Positions 1 to 11,002 of a stretch of DNA of 64,000 nt are shown here, in pieces. The stretch is from the NCBI GenBank assembly GCA_051531975.1, contig JAOPTT010000009.1:288001-352000 (forward strand). The letters run 5' to 3'. A program made the translations under genes and the position numbers. Origin of the DNA: Spirochaetaceae bacterium (GTDB lineage: Bacteria; Spirochaetota; Spirochaetia; DSM-2461). Within the stretch, counting starts at the first letter, position 1; every line of letters starts with the position of its first letter. The notes beneath the pieces were generated by a model. That model saw only the letters and a list, made by a program, of their open reading frames with translations. It did no database searches and was not told the origin of the DNA.

Positions 1-470
1 GTATTGTTGAAAATATAAATATTAGTGTCCGTAGACACAGTCTTAAAGCAGGTATTTTTCTTAACAAAAAAACAGAAATAGATACTACTGATAAATTTAT
101 TAAAGCACTACGGATTAAAACACCTCATAGAGAACAAACTGTGGGTAGTCTTTCTGGGGGAAATCAGCAAAAGGTTATTTTAGCCCGTTGGTTAGCGGAA
201 GATGTTAAGGTTTTAATTATGGATGAACCAACTAGAGGAATCGATGTTGGTGCAAAAAGTGAAATATACCAGCTTATGTACAAATTGGCAGAAGAGGGTA
301 AATCAGTTATTTGCGTATCAAGTGACCTTCCGGAAGTTATGGGTGTGTCAGACCGTCTGCTTGTTATGAGGGAAGGTCAGATTGTATCTTCTTTTGATAA
401 AAAAGATTACTCCGAAGAAGCTATTCTGAGCAAAGCATTGCTTAATACAAAAGCTAGTGTTCAGTCTTAA
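1..470 (+). CDS. araG: Sugar ABC transporter ATP-binding protein (AraG-like), C-terminal part; 5' end lies outside the window
   Basis: LSGGNQQK signature and [13 protein letters not shown]alker B region; directly upstream of an AraH-like permease. Confidence 0.8.
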   Translation, partial: IVENINISVRRHSLKAGIFLNKKTEIDTTDKFIKALRIKTPHREQTVGSLSGGNQQKVILARWLAEDVKVLIMDEPTRGIDVGAKSEIYQLMYKLAEEGKSVICVSSDLPEVMGVSDRLLVMREGQIVSSFDKKDYSEEAILSKALLNTKASVQS

Positions 471-495
471 TAAAAACAAAAAAAAGAGGATTATA

Positions 496-1476
496 ATGGA
501 AAATACAATAACATTAAAACAGGAGAATAAGTTTTTAAAACATTTTCATGGAATGTGGCAAAACTCAGGAATGATGGTAATATTTTTACTTTTATTTGTA
601 GGTTTATCTATATTTGTTCCATATTTTTTCACCTGGCGTAACTTGATAGGTTTAGGTCTATCTGTATCCATGGTGGGAATGGTTGCCTGTACTATGCTTT
701 TTGCCCTTGCATCAGGTGATTTTGATCTGTCTGTGGAGAATATTGTAGCATTTTCTGGAGTTACTGCAGCTGTAGTAACTAATTCTACAGGAAGTGTTGT
801 GTATGGAGTTATCGCTGGTGTTCTTGGTGGGGGAGTTATAGGGGTTGCTAATGGTACTATAATTGCCAAGTTTGGAATCAATGCACTTATTACTACCCTA
901 GCTATGTCACAAATTGTAAGAGGATTAGCATTTATAGTTTCAGGTGGAAGTGCTATTGGTGTTGCAAATACAAAATTCTTTGTTTTAGGTAACGGATCTC
1001 TGTTTGGTATTCCAAATCCTATAACTATAACAATAATTTGTTTTATTGTTTTTGGAATACTATTAAATAATACGTCTTTTGGTAAAAATACACTGGCTAT
1101 TGGTGGTAATATGGAAGCTACAAGGTTAGCCGGAGTCGCTGTAAGTAAAATAAGGATTCTTATTTTTACTCTTCAGGGTATGATGGCCGGGTTTGCTGGT
1201 GTTGTTCTTGCATCAAGAATGACAAGTGGACAACCTAATACTTCTCTGGGATTTTCCCTCGATGTTATATCTGCTTGTGTTCTTGGTGGAGTTTCTCTAT
1301 CAGGAGGTGTTGCCCCAATTCAAGGTGCTATAGTTGGTGTTCTAATTATGGGTACTGTTCAAAATGCAATGAACCTAATGAATATTCCTACTTTCTACCA
1401 GTATATGGTACGTGGTGTTATTCTGCTTATCGCTGTTCTGATAGATAAGTTCAAACAGAAAAATGCATTAAAATAG
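496..1476 (+). CDS. araH: Monosaccharide ABC transporter permease (AraH-like)
   Basis: Hydrophobic; motifs ASGDFDLSV, GGNMEATRLAGV, VISACVLGGVSLSGG; GAGGA RBS before ATG 496. Confidence 0.8.
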   Translation: MENTITLKQENKFLKHFHGMWQNSGMMVIFLLLFVGLSIFVPYFFTWRNLIGLGLSVSMVGMVACTMLFALASGDFDLSVENIVAFSGVTAAVVTNSTGSVVYGVIAGVLGGGVIGVANGTIIAKFGINALITTLAMSQIVRGLAFIVSGGSAIGVANTKFFVLGNGSLFGIPNPITITIICFIVFGILLNNTSFGKNTLAIGGNMEATRLAGVAVSKIRILIFTLQGMMAGFAGVVLASRMTSGQPNTSLGFSLDVISACVLGGVSLSGGVAPIQGAIVGVLIMGTVQNAMNLMNIPTFYQYMVRGVILLIAVLIDKFKQKNALK

Positions 1477-1555
1477 AATGTTGATATAGAGGGATACTGC
1501 TGTTTTATTCAGTATTTCTCTATGAACTTTGAGTCCATACTTAGGAGTCGATAAA

Positions 1556-3412
1556 ATGTCTATAAAAGCTAAATTAATGAGTCTGATCTCTATAATACTT
1601 TTTTCATTTTTTTTAATTATTGTTGGATATTTTTTGGCTATCTCTCCAATAAAAAAAATGGAAATTGAAACAGGTATTCTCGAATCTCTTAAAATTTCTT
1701 TATTAGAAGAGAAATCCCAAATAAATCTTATTTTAGGAGACTCTTCATATGTGCAAACTATTGAGGAATTTTATGAAGCAGCAGATAAAACAAGTACTGT
1801 TTTTGAAGATATAAATTCAATAGAGTATATACGTTCAAAAAATCCTGGTATTAGAAATTCTCTAATAATAATTTCTAAAGTTAATAAGCTTAAAATTGAA
1901 GAGCTTCAAAAGTTGAAAAAGACAGATTTAGAATTAAGAATAATTGTTGAAGATATTTTCATATTTCTAGACTCATTTAATATTGTAAAGATTTACAGTG
2001 CACCCCAGTATCTTAATAATACCGGGAAAGAAGAAAGCTTAATTTTTGACAATCAATTTAATAGTTTTCTGTCTCAACACTCTATATATCAGTTATCACT
2101 TAATAGTTCATCTGCTGTTTTAAATGAACAATTTGAAGCGATAGATAGAGAAGTTAACAACATAAAAGTAAAGATTAATATAACTATTGGAATAGTTATT
2201 TCTATTCTTCTTATCTCTGTTTTTATTGGAAGTATAATATTTGCTAATTCTATCGCAGTGAATATAAAAAAAATTGTAAGATCTATAAATCATTTAAAGG
2301 ATGGTGATTTAACTGTTGTTTCTATAATTGATTCAAAAGACGATCTGGGAAAACTTAATAATAATCTGAGTCACTTTCAGGAGAATATGAAAGGGCTTAT
2401 ACATAGAATAAAGGGTGTTTCCCATGAAAATATAAGTGTTCAGGAGAAGCTTATTATAGAGGTTAAAGATACTGAAAACTCAAGCTTATCAATATCTGAA
2501 AGTTCAGATGAAATAAAAAAAGATATTGAGAATCTAAATGAAACCGCCAGTTTATCTTATGCTTCTGTTGAGTTGATCTCCACTCAAATTGAAAACCTAA
2601 ATGCTTCTATAATGGAACAAACATCAATGATAGAGGAATCCACTGCAGCAGTTAATCAGATGATGGCATCTATTGTTAATGTTGAGCAGGTTACAATAAA
2701 TAAAATAGATAGCTTAAAATTAATGATGCAATCACTTGTTAATGGTAATAGTCAGCTTCAAAATACCTCTATTAGTATAGAGCGGATAGATAATAGTGTT
2801 GGTGTTATTCAAAATATGGTATCAATCATTGAAAATATATCATCTCAAACAAATCTTCTGGCTATGAATGCAGCTATAGAGGCAGCACATGCTGGAGAAT
2901 ATGGGAAGGGCTTTGCTGTAGTTGCAGATGAAATAAGAAAGCTGGCAGAAGCATCTACAAAGAATTCAAAAGAAGTTGCTGACTCATTAAAAGAGATTTT
3001 AGACAGTATAAAAGATGCAACTACATCAAGCAGAACCACACAACAAACATTCACAGGAATAATTTCCGATGTAGATGGACTTTTCAGCTCAATGAATGAG
3101 ATCAGTTTAAGTCTCATAGAACTAAAAACAGGTGGGGATCAGATACTTATAGCTATGAATTCCCTTCAAACTATGTCTATAGATGTTCAGGATAACTCTA
3201 CAAATATTACAGATCAATCACAGGCTGTATATAGTTCAGCCCAGAACGTTCAAAAAATATCAGGGAATGTACACAGTGGAATAAATCGGGTTTCTAATGA
3301 TATAGGGCGGATTTCTAAAACTATCAATGTTATTCAGAACCTAACCGATAATATAGGTTCTGTTGCAGAACGGATTGATACTGAGTTGGGTTTTTTTAAA
3401 ACTTCAATTTAA
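1556..3412 (+). CDS. Methyl-accepting chemotaxis protein
   Basis: Two TM segments, HAMP region, signalling hairpin [42 protein letters not shown] before ATG 1556. Confidence 0.95.
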   Translation: MSIKAKLMSLISIILFSFFLIIVGYFLAISPIKKMEIETGILESLKISLLEEKSQINLILGDSSYVQTIEEFYEAADKTSTVFEDINSIEYIRSKNPGIRNSLIIISKVNKLKIEELQKLKKTDLELRIIVEDIFIFLDSFNIVKIYSAPQYLNNTGKEESLIFDNQFNSFLSQHSIYQLSLNSSSAVLNEQFEAIDREVNNIKVKINITIGIVISILLISVFIGSIIFANSIAVNIKKIVRSINHLKDGDLTVVSIIDSKDDLGKLNNNLSHFQENMKGLIHRIKGVSHENISVQEKLIIEVKDTENSSLSISESSDEIKKDIENLNETASLSYASVELISTQIENLNASIMEQTSMIEESTAAVNQMMASIVNVEQVTINKIDSLKLMMQSLVNGNSQLQNTSISIERIDNSVGVIQNMVSIIENISSQTNLLAMNAAIEAAHAGEYGKGFAVVADEIRKLAEASTKNSKEVADSLKEILDSIKDATTSSRTTQQTFTGIISDVDGLFSSMNEISLSLIELKTGGDQILIAMNSLQTMSIDVQDNSTNITDQSQAVYSSAQNVQKISGNVHSGINRVSNDIGRISKTINVIQNLTDNIGSVAERIDTELGFFKTSI

Positions 3413-3538
3413 CATATATCTAATCTTTAAAATGATCATAATGTATATGCTTTTGATTATCACCTCCATTTCTAAATGACAGTTCCTACTTTAAGATTAA
3501 TAATATAAGAGAATAACTACTTAAAGAGAGGAAAATAA

Positions 3539-4699
3539 ATGAAAATAACTGATGTAAAAGTCTGGCTTGTAGAAGGTATTAAATATAACTGGACAATGAT
3601 CAAAATATATACAGATGAAGGTTTGACGGGTGTTGGTGAAGCGACAAACTGGCCAGGAAGTCCAATTGTTGAAGCTGCAGCTATACATGCAGGGGAACGA
3701 ATAATTGGTATGGATCCATTAAGGACTGATTATATATGGACAAAACTATATCGGGATCTTAACTGGGTTGGTCCCTATGGGGCATCAATGTGTGCCATTT
3801 CAGGAATCGATATGGCTCTTTTGGATCTTAAAGGAAAAGCATTTGGAGTACCATGTTATGAGTTATTAGGTGGTGCATTCCGTACAGAGATTCCACTCTA
3901 TGCAAATTACTGGTTTACAGGTGGAGGGCATAATGTTGAAGACTATGCTAAACAGGCAAAGGTTGTACAAAAAGCTGGATTCAAGGGATTAAAATTTGAC
4001 CCATTTGCTCATACAAGTTACTTCTATGGAGATGACTTATCATCTAATCTTTCCCTAACAACAACACAGCAGGACTTAGCTTTTGATATCTGCGCCGGGG
4101 TTCGAGAAGCTACTGGCCCGGATATGATCATGTTAATAGAAACCCATGCTTTACTAAATACAAAAACAGCAATTACTATGGCTAACCGCCTAGCAGATCT
4201 AGATATTAGTTGGTACGAAGAACCTGTAGGTCCTGAAAATGCTAAAACTCTTAAAGCAGTCCGTGACCGTCTTGATCCCCGTGTTTCTATCTGTGTTGGT
4301 GAGAGACATTATACAAGGCATGGTATTCGGGATGTTCTTGAAAATCACACATGCGATATTCTTATGCCGGATATTACAAGGTGTGGTGGTCCTTCAGAAA
4401 TGAAACGTATGGCAACTATGATGGAAGCTTATAATGTACTTCTAGCACCACATAATCCTAATGGTCCGCTATCTACAATCGCTAGTGCACATGTTTGTGC
4501 TTCGGTACCTAATTTTTTCCGACAGGAATTTATGTTTAATGATGTCCCATGGAGAGATGAGGTTATAGATCATCCTATAGATATAAAAGATGGTAAACTT
4601 ATTTTATCCCGGCGTCCTGGTCTTGGAGTTGATCTAGTTGAAGAAGTTATGCAGTCTCATCCTGGAATACGAGAAGCAAGAGATGGCTTTTATGTATAA
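3539..4699 (+). CDS. Enolase-superfamily (mandelate racemase subgroup) sugar-acid dehydratase, DgoD-like
   Basis: AISGIDMALLDLKGK, KxD motif (LKFDP), metal ligands in IETH / WYEEP / VGER, APHN, C-terminal PGLG. Confidence 0.9.
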   Translation: MKITDVKVWLVEGIKYNWTMIKIYTDEGLTGVGEATNWPGSPIVEAAAIHAGERIIGMDPLRTDYIWTKLYRDLNWVGPYGASMCAISGIDMALLDLKGKAFGVPCYELLGGAFRTEIPLYANYWFTGGGHNVEDYAKQAKVVQKAGFKGLKFDPFAHTSYFYGDDLSSNLSLTTTQQDLAFDICAGVREATGPDMIMLIETHALLNTKTAITMANRLADLDISWYEEPVGPENAKTLKAVRDRLDPRVSICVGERHYTRHGIRDVLENHTCDILMPDITRCGGPSEMKRMATMMEAYNVLLAPHNPNGPLSTIASAHVCASVPNFFRQEFMFNDVPWRDEVIDHPIDIKDGKLILSRRPGLGVDLVEEVMQSHPGIREARDGFYV

Positions 4700-4710
4700 A
4701 GGGGATAAAA

Positions 4711-5499
4711 ATGAGTCTTGAAATAGATCTTAAAGGTAAAGTAGCTGTTGTTACAGGTGTCTCCCAGGGGTTAGGTCTAGGTGTTGCTAAGGTTCTTGCC
4801 AATGCAGGTTGTAATATAGCTGGTTGTGCATTTAGTAGTAAAGAATCTGATAAGGCACAGAATTTTCTTGAAATTATGAAGTTGGAAAATATTAAAGCAA
4901 ACTATTTTAGTGTTGATGTTACAAAATTAGAAGAACAGTCCCGTTTTATCGATTCGGTTATAAAAGAGTTTGGGCGGATAGATCTTGTTATATCCAATGC
5001 AGGTGTAAACGTATTTAAGGGAGTATTAGATTGCTCGGAGGAGGACTGGTCTTATAATGAGCAGTTGAATCTTTCTTCACACTGGCGTTTGGCTAAGCTG
5101 ACTTATCTCTATCTTTCAAAAAATGCAGATGGAGTTTTTATTGTCATGACTTCAAACCACTGCAACTCAACTATGTCAGGTTGTTTCCCCTACAATGTAA
5201 CTAAAACCGCTTTAAAGGGTTTAGTTCAATCAATGGCAATAGAGTGGGGTCCATTAATAAGAACAATTGGTATAGCTCCAGGATTTATTCAATCTCCAGC
5301 TAACAAACAATGGTTTGATGCCTATGATGAACCTAAGGATGAAGAGAAGAAAACAATAGACCTTCACCCTGTTGGTAGACTTGGAACTGTAGAGGATGTT
5401 GGGGCTTTATGTGCATTTTTAGCTAGTGGCTATGCTGGATTCATTAGTGGAACTACATATCTTATTGATGGTGGGCGTTCAGCTCTGATGCAGGATTAA
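4711..5499 (+). CDS. Short-chain dehydrogenase/reductase
   Basis: TGVSQGLG, SNAG, catalytic YNVTK, C-terminal IDGG. Confidence 0.92.
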   Translation: MSLEIDLKGKVAVVTGVSQGLGLGVAKVLANAGCNIAGCAFSSKESDKAQNFLEIMKLENIKANYFSVDVTKLEEQSRFIDSVIKEFGRIDLVISNAGVNVFKGVLDCSEEDWSYNEQLNLSSHWRLAKLTYLYLSKNADGVFIVMTSNHCNSTMSGCFPYNVTKTALKGLVQSMAIEWGPLIRTIGIAPGFIQSPANKQWFDAYDEPKDEEKKTIDLHPVGRLGTVEDVGALCAFLASGYAGFISGTTYLIDGGRSALMQD

Positions 5500-5501
5500 G
5501 T

Positions 5502-7109
5502 ATGATTGTACAGAAGCTTACAACAGAAATCTCTGGGCTTGGTGAGTGTCCACTTTGGAACGAGAAGGAACACAAGCTCTACTGGACAGATATTACAGGT
5601 AAAATGATATGGACATACTCTCCTGTTTCATCAAATGCAGAAGTTCATACCAAGTTTGATTTTATGGTTGGTGGATTTGCCTTCACTAAAAAAAATGAAT
5701 TGATATTATGTTCTGATAGTGGGATTTATATCTATAAAAAGAACGAGTTTGCACCGAAGTTATTATATAGTATCGACGTTGAAAAAAATGAAAGGTTCAA
5801 TGATGTCACTGTGGATCCTGTTGGTCGTATACTGGCTGGAACACTAAAAACAGGTTTCAAAAACGGGAATTTATATTTACTTGAAATGAATAAACCACCA
5901 CGAATAATTCTAAGAGATTTAGGTATTTCAAATGGTATGTGTTTTGATGAAAATAACAATCGTTTTTATCATACCGATTCATGTCATCGAACTATAAGTT
6001 ATTTTGATTATGATCGGAATAATGGAACTATTTCCAATAAAAAAGTTATATATAAGGGATTAGAATCTGATGGTTTTCCAGACGGTATAACAATGGATAA
6101 TGAAGGTTACATATGGGTAGCTTGCTGGGGTGCATCACAGATTATACGTATAGATAAAATTGATGGGACAATACTTCAGAGAGTAGACGTACCAGCCAGG
6201 CAGCCATCCAGTATCACTTTTGGTGCAGAAGACCTAAGTACTCTTTTCATTACGACCGCCGCGGAAGGAGCCATAGATTTAACTACCGGTAAAGATAAGG
6301 AAGGAAACTTTCTTGGTGGATATCTTTATTGTTTCAATCCCGGAGTAAAAGGGAAAAAAGAGTATTATGCAAATTTTAAAAATAAGATGAATCAGGAGAT
6401 AGTTATGAATAATTTATGGAATAGTGACGAGGAGTTATTTAACCTAGCAAAAGAAGAACTTTTTACAGCCGTTGTAGGAGATATAATGGATAAATTAGGT
6501 TATTATCATCAGTTTTTACCACCTAACATTAGACCCCTCGATGATAATATGGTGGTTATAGGTAGAGCTATGACAGTTCTTGAAGCTGACTGTTTTCAAG
6601 AGCTTAATCCCAATCATGTTAACGAGAGTAACGGTGTAATGAACAGACCTTTTGGTCTTATGTTAGAGGCTTTAGATGATATAAAAAAAGATGAAGTTTA
6701 TATCTGTACAGGATCATCACCACATTACGCATTATGGGGTGAGATTATGTCTACCCGGGTCAAATATTTAGGATCTGCTGGGGCAGTTGTTAATGGATAT
6801 AGCCGTGATACTAAAGGAATCTTAGAACTTGGGTTCCCCTGTTTTTCATATGGGCCATATGCCCAGGATCAGGCACCTAGAGGGCGTGTTATTGATTTTC
6901 GTTGTCCTATAGAAATTGAAGGTGTAAGAATAAATGATGGAGATATTATCTTTGGTGATATTGACGGTGTATGTATCATACCTAAAGAAATTGAAGAAGA
7001 GGTATTTATTGGTGCATTAGAAAAAGCAAGAGGTGAAAAAATTACTCAGGATGCAATACGAGGTGGAATGAGTGCTGTGGAAGCCTGGGAAAAGTATGGT
7101 ATTATGTAA
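5502..7109 (+). CDS. SMP-30/gluconolactonase domain fused in frame to an RraA-family (HMG-aldolase-like) domain
   Basis: N-terminal LGECPLW, RFNDVTVDP, SNG, PDG; C-terminal ALWGEIMS, GYSRD, GDIIFGDIDGV; internal RBS and ATG at 6405. Confidence 0.85.
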   Translation: MIVQKLTTEISGLGECPLWNEKEHKLYWTDITGKMIWTYSPVSSNAEVHTKFDFMVGGFAFTKKNELILCSDSGIYIYKKNEFAPKLLYSIDVEKNERFNDVTVDPVGRILAGTLKTGFKNGNLYLLEMNKPPRIILRDLGISNGMCFDENNNRFYHTDSCHRTISYFDYDRNNGTISNKKVIYKGLESDGFPDGITMDNEGYIWVACWGASQIIRIDKIDGTILQRVDVPARQPSSITFGAEDLSTLFITTAAEGAIDLTTGKDKEGNFLGGYLYCFNPGVKGKKEYYANFKNKMNQEIVMNNLWNSDEELFNLAKEELFTAVVGDIMDKLGYYHQFLPPNIRPLDDNMVVIGRAMTVLEADCFQELNPNHVNESNGVMNRPFGLMLEALDDIKKDEVYICTGSSPHYALWGEIMSTRVKYLGSAGAVVNGYSRDTKGILELGFPCFSYGPYAQDQAPRGRVIDFRCPIEIEGVRINDGDIIFGDIDGVCIIPKEIEEEVFIGALEKARGEKITQDAIRGGMSAVEAWEKYGIM

Positions 7110-7126
7110 CCGGAGATATAACAGGT

Positions 7127-7960
7127 ATGGAAATTGTAAAACATCGGTTTAAAAAGTATTTTCAACCGGTAAAAAGGGACCTTGATTGGGGAATCTATCT
7201 ATTAGGATGTGGAGATTATACAAGCCCTAATATAGAAATGCCTGAAGATGGGCGATATCTTAATGATTATGCTATTGTCTATTTTACTGAGGGAGAGGGT
7301 CTTTTTTATATAGATAAGGAAAACGCTATTCCCTGGTCTACCGGTGATGTTATTTTACTTTTCCCAGGTGTCTGGCATAAATATGTTTCAGAAAATAGTC
7401 AAAATTCAAAACAACTTTGGATTGTATTTAATGGTTCTTATGTCAGGCATCTTCAGAAAAATAATTTTCTTTCAACAAATAATTCTCTTATTCATATTGG
7501 ATTTGATACAGAATTACATAATCTGTTTAATAAAATAGAGACCCTGGCGGAAACTGAATCATTAACTTTCCAAATTGAATCTGGAGCGGAACTTATTAAG
7601 TTATTAGCACGAATTATAAAATTATCCGATAAAAACAAATCTGTACCAATACAACCTGTAATTTGTAAGTCTATAGATTATATTGAAGAAAACCCTGAAA
7701 AAGAGATAGATTTTGAGGACTTTTCAAAATCCAATGGAATAAGTTACATACATTTTCGCCGACAGTTTAAACAGAGTACAGGATTGGCTCCTCTACAGTA
7801 CCAGATGCAGGTCAAAATAAATAAAGCAAAAATACTTTTGGAAACCGATAAATCGGTAAAAGAAGTAGCTTTTGAACTAGGTTTTAAATGTCAGTACTAT
7901 TTCTCAAGAAAATTTAAAGAGAAGACTGGAATACCCCCATCTGAATGGACATATATATAG
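7127..7960 (+). CDS. AraC-family transcriptional regulator
   Basis: Cupin-like N-terminus; C-terminal SVKEVAFELGF..YYFSRKFKEKTGIPP. Confidence 0.92.
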   Translation: MEIVKHRFKKYFQPVKRDLDWGIYLLGCGDYTSPNIEMPEDGRYLNDYAIVYFTEGEGLFYIDKENAIPWSTGDVILLFPGVWHKYVSENSQNSKQLWIVFNGSYVRHLQKNNFLSTNNSLIHIGFDTELHNLFNKIETLAETESLTFQIESGAELIKLLARIIKLSDKNKSVPIQPVICKSIDYIEENPEKEIDFEDFSKSNGISYIHFRRQFKQSTGLAPLQYQMQVKINKAKILLETDKSVKEVAFELGFKCQYYFSRKFKEKTGIPPSEWTYI

Positions 7961-7961
7961 T

Positions 7962-8795
7962 TTAAACATTCTCTCCAATATTCATATTACGAAATTTTCC
8001 TGGAGACATTCCTATATATTTTTTAAACTGATTTGAAAATGCATATTGATCTTTATAACCAAGGTCTACCGATATAGCTTTTATAGATAAAGAAGGATTA
8101 TGCAGTAGTCTTTTTGCTTCATTTATACGTTTTAATACACGGTAATGATGCATACTAAATCCTGTTTCATTCTTAAACATCTTTCGGATACTTTCATAAC
8201 CCCCTGGTAGTGGACCTACTAGTTTCTTTAAATCCAGCTTTTTATCAAGATTATCACTAAGCTGTCTATACAATTCCTCCACTAGAGATTCCATGTTATC
8301 AAGGCTAATATTATTGCTTGCTAATTCATTTATAAATAGAATAAAAGATTGAACCTCTATAAGCAGTCTCTTGTAGTTTTTTTCGTTACTATTTTTAAAC
8401 CTGTTTAAAAGAGACTCACATCTTGTTAAGGTCTCGTGGCCAGGAACTGTATGTAATATTGGGGCGTCTGAAATAAAATTAATAGATGTTAAAGTTTTAT
8501 ACAGCTTTTTACCAAAACAGATATAAAATTCACGCCATGGTTCACCATCTTCAACTGTAGTTGTATGTATTACCCCAGGCCTTCTTTGAACAAAGTCTCC
8601 TTTTTGGATGATAGTTCTATTCCCTTCCTCATCAATGTATACACCTTTACCAGAGAGTATGAGGAAACCACCATAATAGTAAAAATAATGTCTCTTAATC
8701 TCCGGTTTTTTAGATAGGAATCCACAGGCAATAACTCCATCTATATGATCATTATTAATTGTTTTATATATCATATCGTAATTAGTTGATTTCAT
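7962..8795 (-). CDS. AraC-family transcriptional regulator, divergent from the UroD-like gene
   Basis: LSIKAISVDLGYKDQYAFSNQFKKYIGMSP; GGAG RBS supports start at 8795. Confidence 0.9.
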   Translation of the reverse strand: MKSTNYDMIYKTINNDHIDGVIACGFLSKKPEIKRHYFYYYGGFLILSGKGVYIDEEGNRTIIQKGDFVQRRPGVIHTTTVEDGEPWREFYICFGKKLYKTLTSINFISDAPILHTVPGHETLTRCESLLNRFKNSNEKNYKRLLIEVQSFILFINELASNNISLDNMESLVEELYRQLSDNLDKKLDLKKLVGPLPGGYESIRKMFKNETGFSMHHYRVLKRINEAKRLLHNPSLSIKAISVDLGYKDQYAFSNQFKKYIGMSPGKFRNMNIGENV

Positions 8796-8922
8796 TTTCT
8801 CTCCGATACCATTTATTACATTAAGAATACCATTATTGACATTTTTAACTGGCAATTTAGATTTATACTGATATCATATTGTACATCTAAATGTATAATA
8901 AATCATATAAAGAGGTTAAATA

Positions 8923-9990
8923 ATGAATAAAAGAGAGAACTTTCTATCAATGTTACGCCGACAGGGTTATGAATATGCACCTGTAGATCTGGTCCTTTGT
9001 CCTTCACTTCTTGAATCCTATGAAAAGGATATTTCTTCAACAAAGAATTTTGAAGACTATTTTGGATTACCATGGCGTGAAGTTGAAGATGGTAAGATTA
9101 TAGCTGTTGATGATAGCGTATATGAAGAATATTATAAAGATAAATTAAAAGAAGGTAGAACAATAGACTCTTGGGGAGTCGGGCATGAGCCTGGTAGTGA
9201 TGCATGTATGCATATGACATATATGCGACATCCTATGAAAGATTTAACAACAATTGAAGAGTTAGAAAATTATCCATATCCTGATTATTTGAACGGAGAT
9301 TTTAGCCATCAGAAGACACAGATTGACGCCATACATGAGAAAGGTTTAGCTTCATGTGGTAATATGCAGATAACTATATGGGAAGCTTCTTGGTACTTAA
9401 GAAGTATGGAACAGCTTATGATGGATATGATCATGGATAAAGAAAAGGCTGAACTCATAATAGATAAGGTTTTGGAATTGAGTATACATAGAGCTGTTCA
9501 ATATGCGAAAGCAGGTTGTGATATCCTATTTTTTGGTGATGATATTGGTATGCAGTCAAGTATAATGATGAGTGTTGAAATGTATGTTGAATGGTTTAAA
9601 CCAAGATTGACAAAACTGATAGATACAGTTAAAAAAGTTAATCCAAATATCATAATTTTTTATCATTCCTGCGGTTTTGTTGAACCTTTTATACCACATC
9701 TAATTGAGGCTGGAGTAGATGTTCTTAATCCTGTACAACCAGAATGTATGGATTTTGAGAAACTTCATGGGTTATATGGTGATAAAATCTCTTTCCATGG
9801 AACCATTGGAACTCAAACTACTATGCCATTTGGAACACCTGATGAGGTTCGAGAGCTTGTTATTAAAAACTTATCGATTGCAGGAAAAAAGGGTGGTCTA
9901 TTTTGCTCTCCTACACATATGTTAGAACCGGAAGTTCCCTGGGAAAATATTATGGCTTATATTGAAGCTTGTAAATCATTTAAGCCATAA
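8923..9990 (+). CDS. Uroporphyrinogen decarboxylase/MtaA-CmuA superfamily protein
   Basis: GDDIG, HSCG, LNPVQ, GTIGTQ..PFGTPDEV motifs. Confidence 0.88.
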   Translation: MNKRENFLSMLRRQGYEYAPVDLVLCPSLLESYEKDISSTKNFEDYFGLPWREVEDGKIIAVDDSVYEEYYKDKLKEGRTIDSWGVGHEPGSDACMHMTYMRHPMKDLTTIEELENYPYPDYLNGDFSHQKTQIDAIHEKGLASCGNMQITIWEASWYLRSMEQLMMDMIMDKEKAELIIDKVLELSIHRAVQYAKAGCDILFFGDDIGMQSSIMMSVEMYVEWFKPRLTKLIDTVKKVNPNIIIFYHSCGFVEPFIPHLIEAGVDVLNPVQPECMDFEKLHGLYGDKISFHGTIGTQTTMPFGTPDEVRELVIKNLSIAGKKGGLFCSPTHMLEPEVPWENIMAYIEACKSFKP

Positions 9991-10062
9991 TATAAAACTG
10001 TCTTTGTAGTGTTCATTGTAATAACATCGGTAATTCGATTAAAGATGTTATTACAAATAGAA

Positions 10063-10875
10063 TTACATCAGTTTTAGAGGTTTAAAATTAGAATCTCCAG
10101 GTCCAGGGTATCTGTATTTACCTTTTGATAATTTTCCAATGTTTATAGTCTTGGTTGGACAATGATTTATACATCTCATACATAAAAAACAGTTCTTATC
10201 AAATTTAACAAATTTTCCAGACACAGTAATATTATTAACAGGACAGATTTTTTCACAATGTCCACATCCTGTACAATCTTTACCTGCAGCTAACTTCTTA
10301 GATAATGATCTCTCAAATGGTCTCATTAAAAATGCAATAAAATTAAATAAAGCAGCAGAAAATTTATTGATATTTATTTGTGAATCCTTTGGTAATGTAT
10401 AATCTCCATTATCAATTTTTATTAAATCTTCAAAAATCAGTTCCACTTCAGGTATATTAGAGAAATCACGATTTAACATTTTTTTAACTATTTTAGAATC
10501 GGGACTTACAAAACTTAAACCATCAGAACCAGGCATTATTATTGACCTTCCACCTATAATGTTTCCATTGTTTTTCTTTATAGTTTTAGCTGTATTATAT
10601 AGTGCTGCGCCAGCAGAATATGCCATGGTAGTAAAGATATAAACCTCTTTCCCCTCTAAGTCCTGGGAAATTATCTGTTTTAATATTGATACTACATTCA
10701 AAGCATAAACTGGAAAGCCTAGATAAATTCTTGAGGAATCCTTAATTTGTGATTTATCATATTTCTCAAAAGGTATCATAGATATATCTTCATGTTTTGA
10801 CCTGATGTCATTAATGATCGATGCTATAAAGTGAGTATTTCCAGTTCCACTAAAATATAATATTGTTGATTTCAA
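10063..10875 (-). CDS. Flavodoxin-like plus 2x[4Fe-4S] ferredoxin protein (EFR1-like)
   Basis: YFSGTGNT flavodoxin motif; CTGCGHCEKICP and CFLCMRCINHCP. Confidence 0.9.
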   Translation of the reverse strand: MKSTILYFSGTGNTHFIASIINDIRSKHEDISMIPFEKYDKSQIKDSSRIYLGFPVYALNVVSILKQIISQDLEGKEVYIFTTMAYSAGAALYNTAKTIKKNNGNIIGGRSIIMPGSDGLSFVSPDSKIVKKMLNRDFSNIPEVELIFEDLIKIDNGDYTLPKDSQININKFSAALFNFIAFLMRPFERSLSKKLAAGKDCTGCGHCEKICPVNNITVSGKFVKFDKNCFLCMRCINHCPTKTINIGKLSKGKYRYPGPGDSNFKPLKLM

Positions 10876-10942
10876 TTTTTACCCCATAATATTTTAGAAA
10901 TTATTGTTTCTGTATAAGAATATAATGAAAAATTGGGAAATA

Positions 10943-10977
10943 AAAAAGCCACTGGTTCATATCATTTCCCAGTGGCT
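10943..10977 (-). terminator. Intrinsic terminator of rex-serC-serA
   Basis: agccactgg...ccagtggct stem followed by a T-run on the minus strand. Confidence 0.7.
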
Positions 10978-11002
10978 ATAAATTTTATAATGTTTGCTTA
11001 TT

